From an uncultured delta proteobacterium (lineage in GTDB: Bacteria > Myxococcota_A > Polyangia > Polyangiales > Polyangiaceae), in the NCBI GenBank assembly GCA_963841435.1, contig CAWJCS010000006.1, positions 640,001 through 704,000 on the forward strand: DNA of 64,000 nt, written 5' to 3'. The notes under the pieces are model-generated. The model did not search any database. It saw only the letters and a list, made by a program, of their open reading frames with translations, and was not told where the DNA came from. Shown piece by piece: positions 61,283-64,000 of this stretch. Made by a program: the position numbers and the translations under genes. Every line of letters begins with the position of its first letter. Position 1 is the stretch's first letter.

Positions 61283-62947
61283 TCAGCACTCCGAGGGCGT
61301 CGCCGTGGTCTCGTCCGACGGACCAAACCGGATCTCGCGTGCGGCAAGCGCTTCGCCGGTCATGCCCGGCGCGGGCTCGAAGCCCGCCGCGAAGCGTTCG
61401 GCCATGGCTGCGATCGTCAGGCTCGGATTCACGGCGAGGTTGCCGGGGATCACGCTGCCGTCGCACACATAGAGCCCGGGGTGCCCGAAGACCTGGTGGT
61501 CGGCGTCGATCACGCCCGTCGTCGGATCGTCGCCAATGCAACACCCGCCGAGGATGTGCGCCGTGGCCGGAGTCCTGAGCAGCGCCTCCGAGATCACGTT
61601 CTGCGGCTCACCACCGATCTCTTCGGCGAGGATTTCGGCGGCCCGCTGTGCGATCGGCAGATAGCTCGGAATGGCGCGGTCGGTGGCGTTGCCGCGCAGG
61701 CGTCTTCGGAAAAGTCCGCCGAGGCGCAGTTTCATGTGCTGGTCCACGGACTGCATGACGAGCAAGATCACCGTGCTCCTCGCCCAGTCGGCGACGCGCC
61801 AAAGCCGCAAAGTGGCTGGCAAGCGACGCAGCATGACCAAGAGCATCTTGAGCGGGCGCGTGAGCGCATTGCCGTCGGGCGTGAGCGGCACACCCAGAAG
61901 GCGCATGGCTCCCGACCCCGACGGGTAGCGGACGTTTTCGATCTTGGTGAGCGAGTTCGGGTGGAAGGCGGCACCGATGGCGATGCCGCGCGAGAGCTCC
62001 CGGTGGGCCTCGAAGCTCGTGGCACCGAGTAGGCTCTCGCCGTTCGTGCGCACGAAATCGCCGAGACGCGGTGAAATCCCGGGCAGCGTGCCGAGGGCGT
62101 CCCGATTCTTCAGCAAGAGCTCGACCGTGCCGAGCACGCCTGCCGCCACGATCACGCGTTTGGCTTCGAAGGTCTGGCCGCGGCGCCGCAGCCATGCCGT
62201 CGTGCGGCGGGTCTCGACCGAGAAGCCGCCCCCCTCGCGTGGCACGATGCGCGTGGCGCGCGTTTCGGGAAACACGCGCGCGCCGAAGCGCTCCGCGAAG
62301 TAGAGGTAGTTTCGGTCGAGCGTATTTTTGGCTCCGAACCGGCAGCCCACCATGCACCCGCCGCACAGCACGCAGCCGCTACGCTCGGGGCCCGCGCCCG
62401 AGAAGTAAGGATCCGGCGCGCGCTCGCCAGGCGTGCCGAAGTACACCCCCACCTCGGCGGGGCGAAAGCTCTCGGCACCTCCGAGCCGCTCGCTCACGCG
62501 TCTCAGCGCCTGCTCGCCTTCGAGGAGCGCTTCGTTCGTCGTCACGCCGAGCATGTGGCGCGCCGTGTCGTAGTGAGGCAAAAGCTCGCGCCCGAAGTCG
62601 ATGCCCCGCTTCCAGGCCGGGTCCTCGAACACGTTGGGTTCGGGCACCATGAGCGTGTTCGCGTACACGAGGCTTCCGCCGCCGACGCCCGCACCGTGCA
62701 GCACCATGACGCCCTTGAGCAGGGTGATGTCTTGAATGCCGAAACAGCGCAGGCGTGGTGCCCACAGGTAGCGGCGGATGTCCCAGTTCGTCTTCGCGAA
62801 ATCGTCGGCTCGGTAGCGCTTGCCCGCTTCGAGCACCGCCACGCGATAGCCCTTCTGAGCCAGGCGCATGGCGCTCACCGAGCCACCGAAGCCGCTGCCG
62901 ATGATCAGAAAATCGAACGGTTCGACGGGGGCTTCGGCGGGAGGCAC
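61283..62947 (-). CDS. GMC oxidoreductase, cholesterol oxidase (ChoD)-like
   Basis: IIGSGFGGSVSAMRL, GVGGGSLVYANT, CVLCGGCMVGC..GAKNTL, RTNGE, TAHILGG, VNPSLTI.A.AER; start uncertain. Confidence 0.88.
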   Translation of the reverse strand: MPPAEAPVEPFDFLIIGSGFGGSVSAMRLAQKGYRVAVLEAGKRYRADDFAKTNWDIRRYLWAPRLRCFGIQDITLLKGVMVLHGAGVGGGSLVYANTLMVPEPNVFEDPAWKRGIDFGRELLPHYDTARHMLGVTTNEALLEGEQALRRVSERLGGAESFRPAEVGVYFGTPGERAPDPYFSGAGPERSGCVLCGGCMVGCRFGAKNTLDRNYLYFAERFGARVFPETRATRIVPREGGGFSVETRRTTAWLRRRGQTFEAKRVIVAAGVLGTVELLLKNRDALGTLPGISPRLGDFVRTNGESLLGATSFEAHRELSRGIAIGAAFHPNSLTKIENVRYPSGSGAMRLLGVPLTPDGNALTRPLKMLLVMLRRLPATLRLWRVADWARSTVILLVMQSVDQHMKLRLGGLFRRRLRGNATDRAIPSYLPIAQRAAEILAEEIGGEPQNVISEALLRTPATAHILGGCCIGDDPTTGVIDADHQVFGHPGLYVCDGSVIPGNLAVNPSLTIAAMAERFAAGFEPAPGMTGEALAAREIRFGPSDETTATPSEC

Positions 62948-63024
62948 GGCCCGTTCATCATAGCGTGTGTGACGAGCCTTCGCCCCTCGCCGCAGCACTC
63001 GCGGGAGCGGATGGCGCTCGAGTC

Positions 63025-64000
63025 TCAGTCGCCGAGCTCGATGAGGTTGCCCGTTAGCATGAGCAGCGAGAGCACCGTCCAAGAGAGGTTGTAGTAGCGG
63101 CTCCGAGCCAGAAGCTTCCCGGTCCGGACACGCGCGTAGGCGGCGTCGATGAAATGCTGGTGCGCGGGGTCGTGCATGGCTCCCACGGCGGCGCAGCCGA
63201 CGAACACGGCCGACCCCTCGTTCGGCTGCACGGTCTTGGGATCGGGCAACGGCGTGCCGTCGAGCGCGTAACCGTCGCCGATGGCGTCGGCTCCGATGCT
63301 CGCGAAGAAAGCGCTCTGCCGCGCGAGGATGGAGCGCGCCCGCGGCTCACGATAGTAGGCGAAATCCTGGCCGAGCCGGAACGGCATGCGCGCCGAGTCC
63401 GTTTGATAGTTCGTCATCGCTCCCGGGAACGCTTCCACGGGAGCGCCGGACGCGGTGCACCACGCCGGCACGAGGCCGTTTTCTCGGTTCCTGCTCGTGT
63501 CGTTCAGGCTCGCTTCGAGCGCGAGATACCCTCGGTCCACGACCCGCTGCCAACCCTCGACGTTGCCGGTTGCCTCGCCGAACAGGCGGTAGGCACTCGG
63601 TGCGAAGTACGATGGGTTGAACACGTCGCGCCCACGCCACTCGTCGCCCGGCAAGAACAAGTCGGGATAGGCGGCGTGATCCACCTCGAGCCGATAGATG
63701 CGATCGATCTGGGTCTTGGCGTGGTCGAGATAGCTCCGCTCGAGCGCACCGCGGCCGCCCCATTGTCGCGACGCCATGAGCAGGGCCCAGGCGATGTCCT
63801 CATCGGCGTCGCTCGCTCCCCCTGTGCCGAGCGCTCGGGAGCCGTCCGGCGCCACGTACCAGGCCATGAAGCCATTTTCGTTCTCGAACTCGAGTGCGTA
63901 GCGATAAAGAGCGTCGAATAGCGGCTGATCATCGAGCATCACCGCGATCACGAGGCCGTACGCGACGCCCTCCGACACGGTGGAGTCCGGCACGCCGTCG
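63025..64000 (-). CDS. Glycoside hydrolase family 8 (5' end outside the window)
   Basis: TVSEG..YG, ASDADEDIAWALL.A, FNPSY, D..R.P.R. Confidence 0.9.
   Translation of the reverse strand, partial: DGVPDSTVSEGVAYGLVIAVMLDDQPLFDALYRYALEFENENGFMAWYVAPDGSRALGTGGASDADEDIAWALLMASRQWGGRGALERSYLDHAKTQIDRIYRLEVDHAAYPDLFLPGDEWRGRDVFNPSYFAPSAYRLFGEATGNVEGWQRVVDRGYLALEASLNDTSRNRENGLVPAWCTASGAPVEAFPGAMTNYQTDSARMPFRLGQDFAYYREPRARSILARQSAFFASIGADAIGDGYALDGTPLPDPKTVQPNEGSAVFVGCAAVGAMHDPAHQHFIDAAYARVRTGKLLARSRYYNLSWTVLSLLMLTGNLIELGD

Overview
High-GC bacterial chromosomal segment whose gene content (type IV pilus motors, MYXO-CTERM-type tail, TIGR04551-like barrel, AgmX/PglI-type C-terminal domains, Ser/Thr kinases, Cys-rich lipoproteins) points to a myxobacterium, probably Polyangiaceae/Sorangiineae-like (inference). 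About 52 CDSs. Core genes: pilB, pilT, moeB/moeZ-like, acs, rpsT, an S1-domain paralogue, Mrp/ApbC, RNase HI, alaS (frameshifted), murB, dprA-topA-trmFO-relA. I found no tRNA, rRNA, CRISPR array or mobile element. Best leads: (1) a ~13 kb envelope island (26.3-39.3 kb) with four thioredoxin-fold lipoproteins, three outer-membrane barrels and very Cys-rich exported proteins; (2) a structured pilB-pilT spacer with an overlapping terminator/antiterminator pair; (3) a HARE-HTH/low-complexity/degenerate Mrr-fold protein divergent from an IrrE-like protein lacking HExxH; (4) an agmatinase-fold protein with its metal ligands lost; (5) recurrent leaderless-type promoters. All family calls are by-eye motif recognition; no database search was run.
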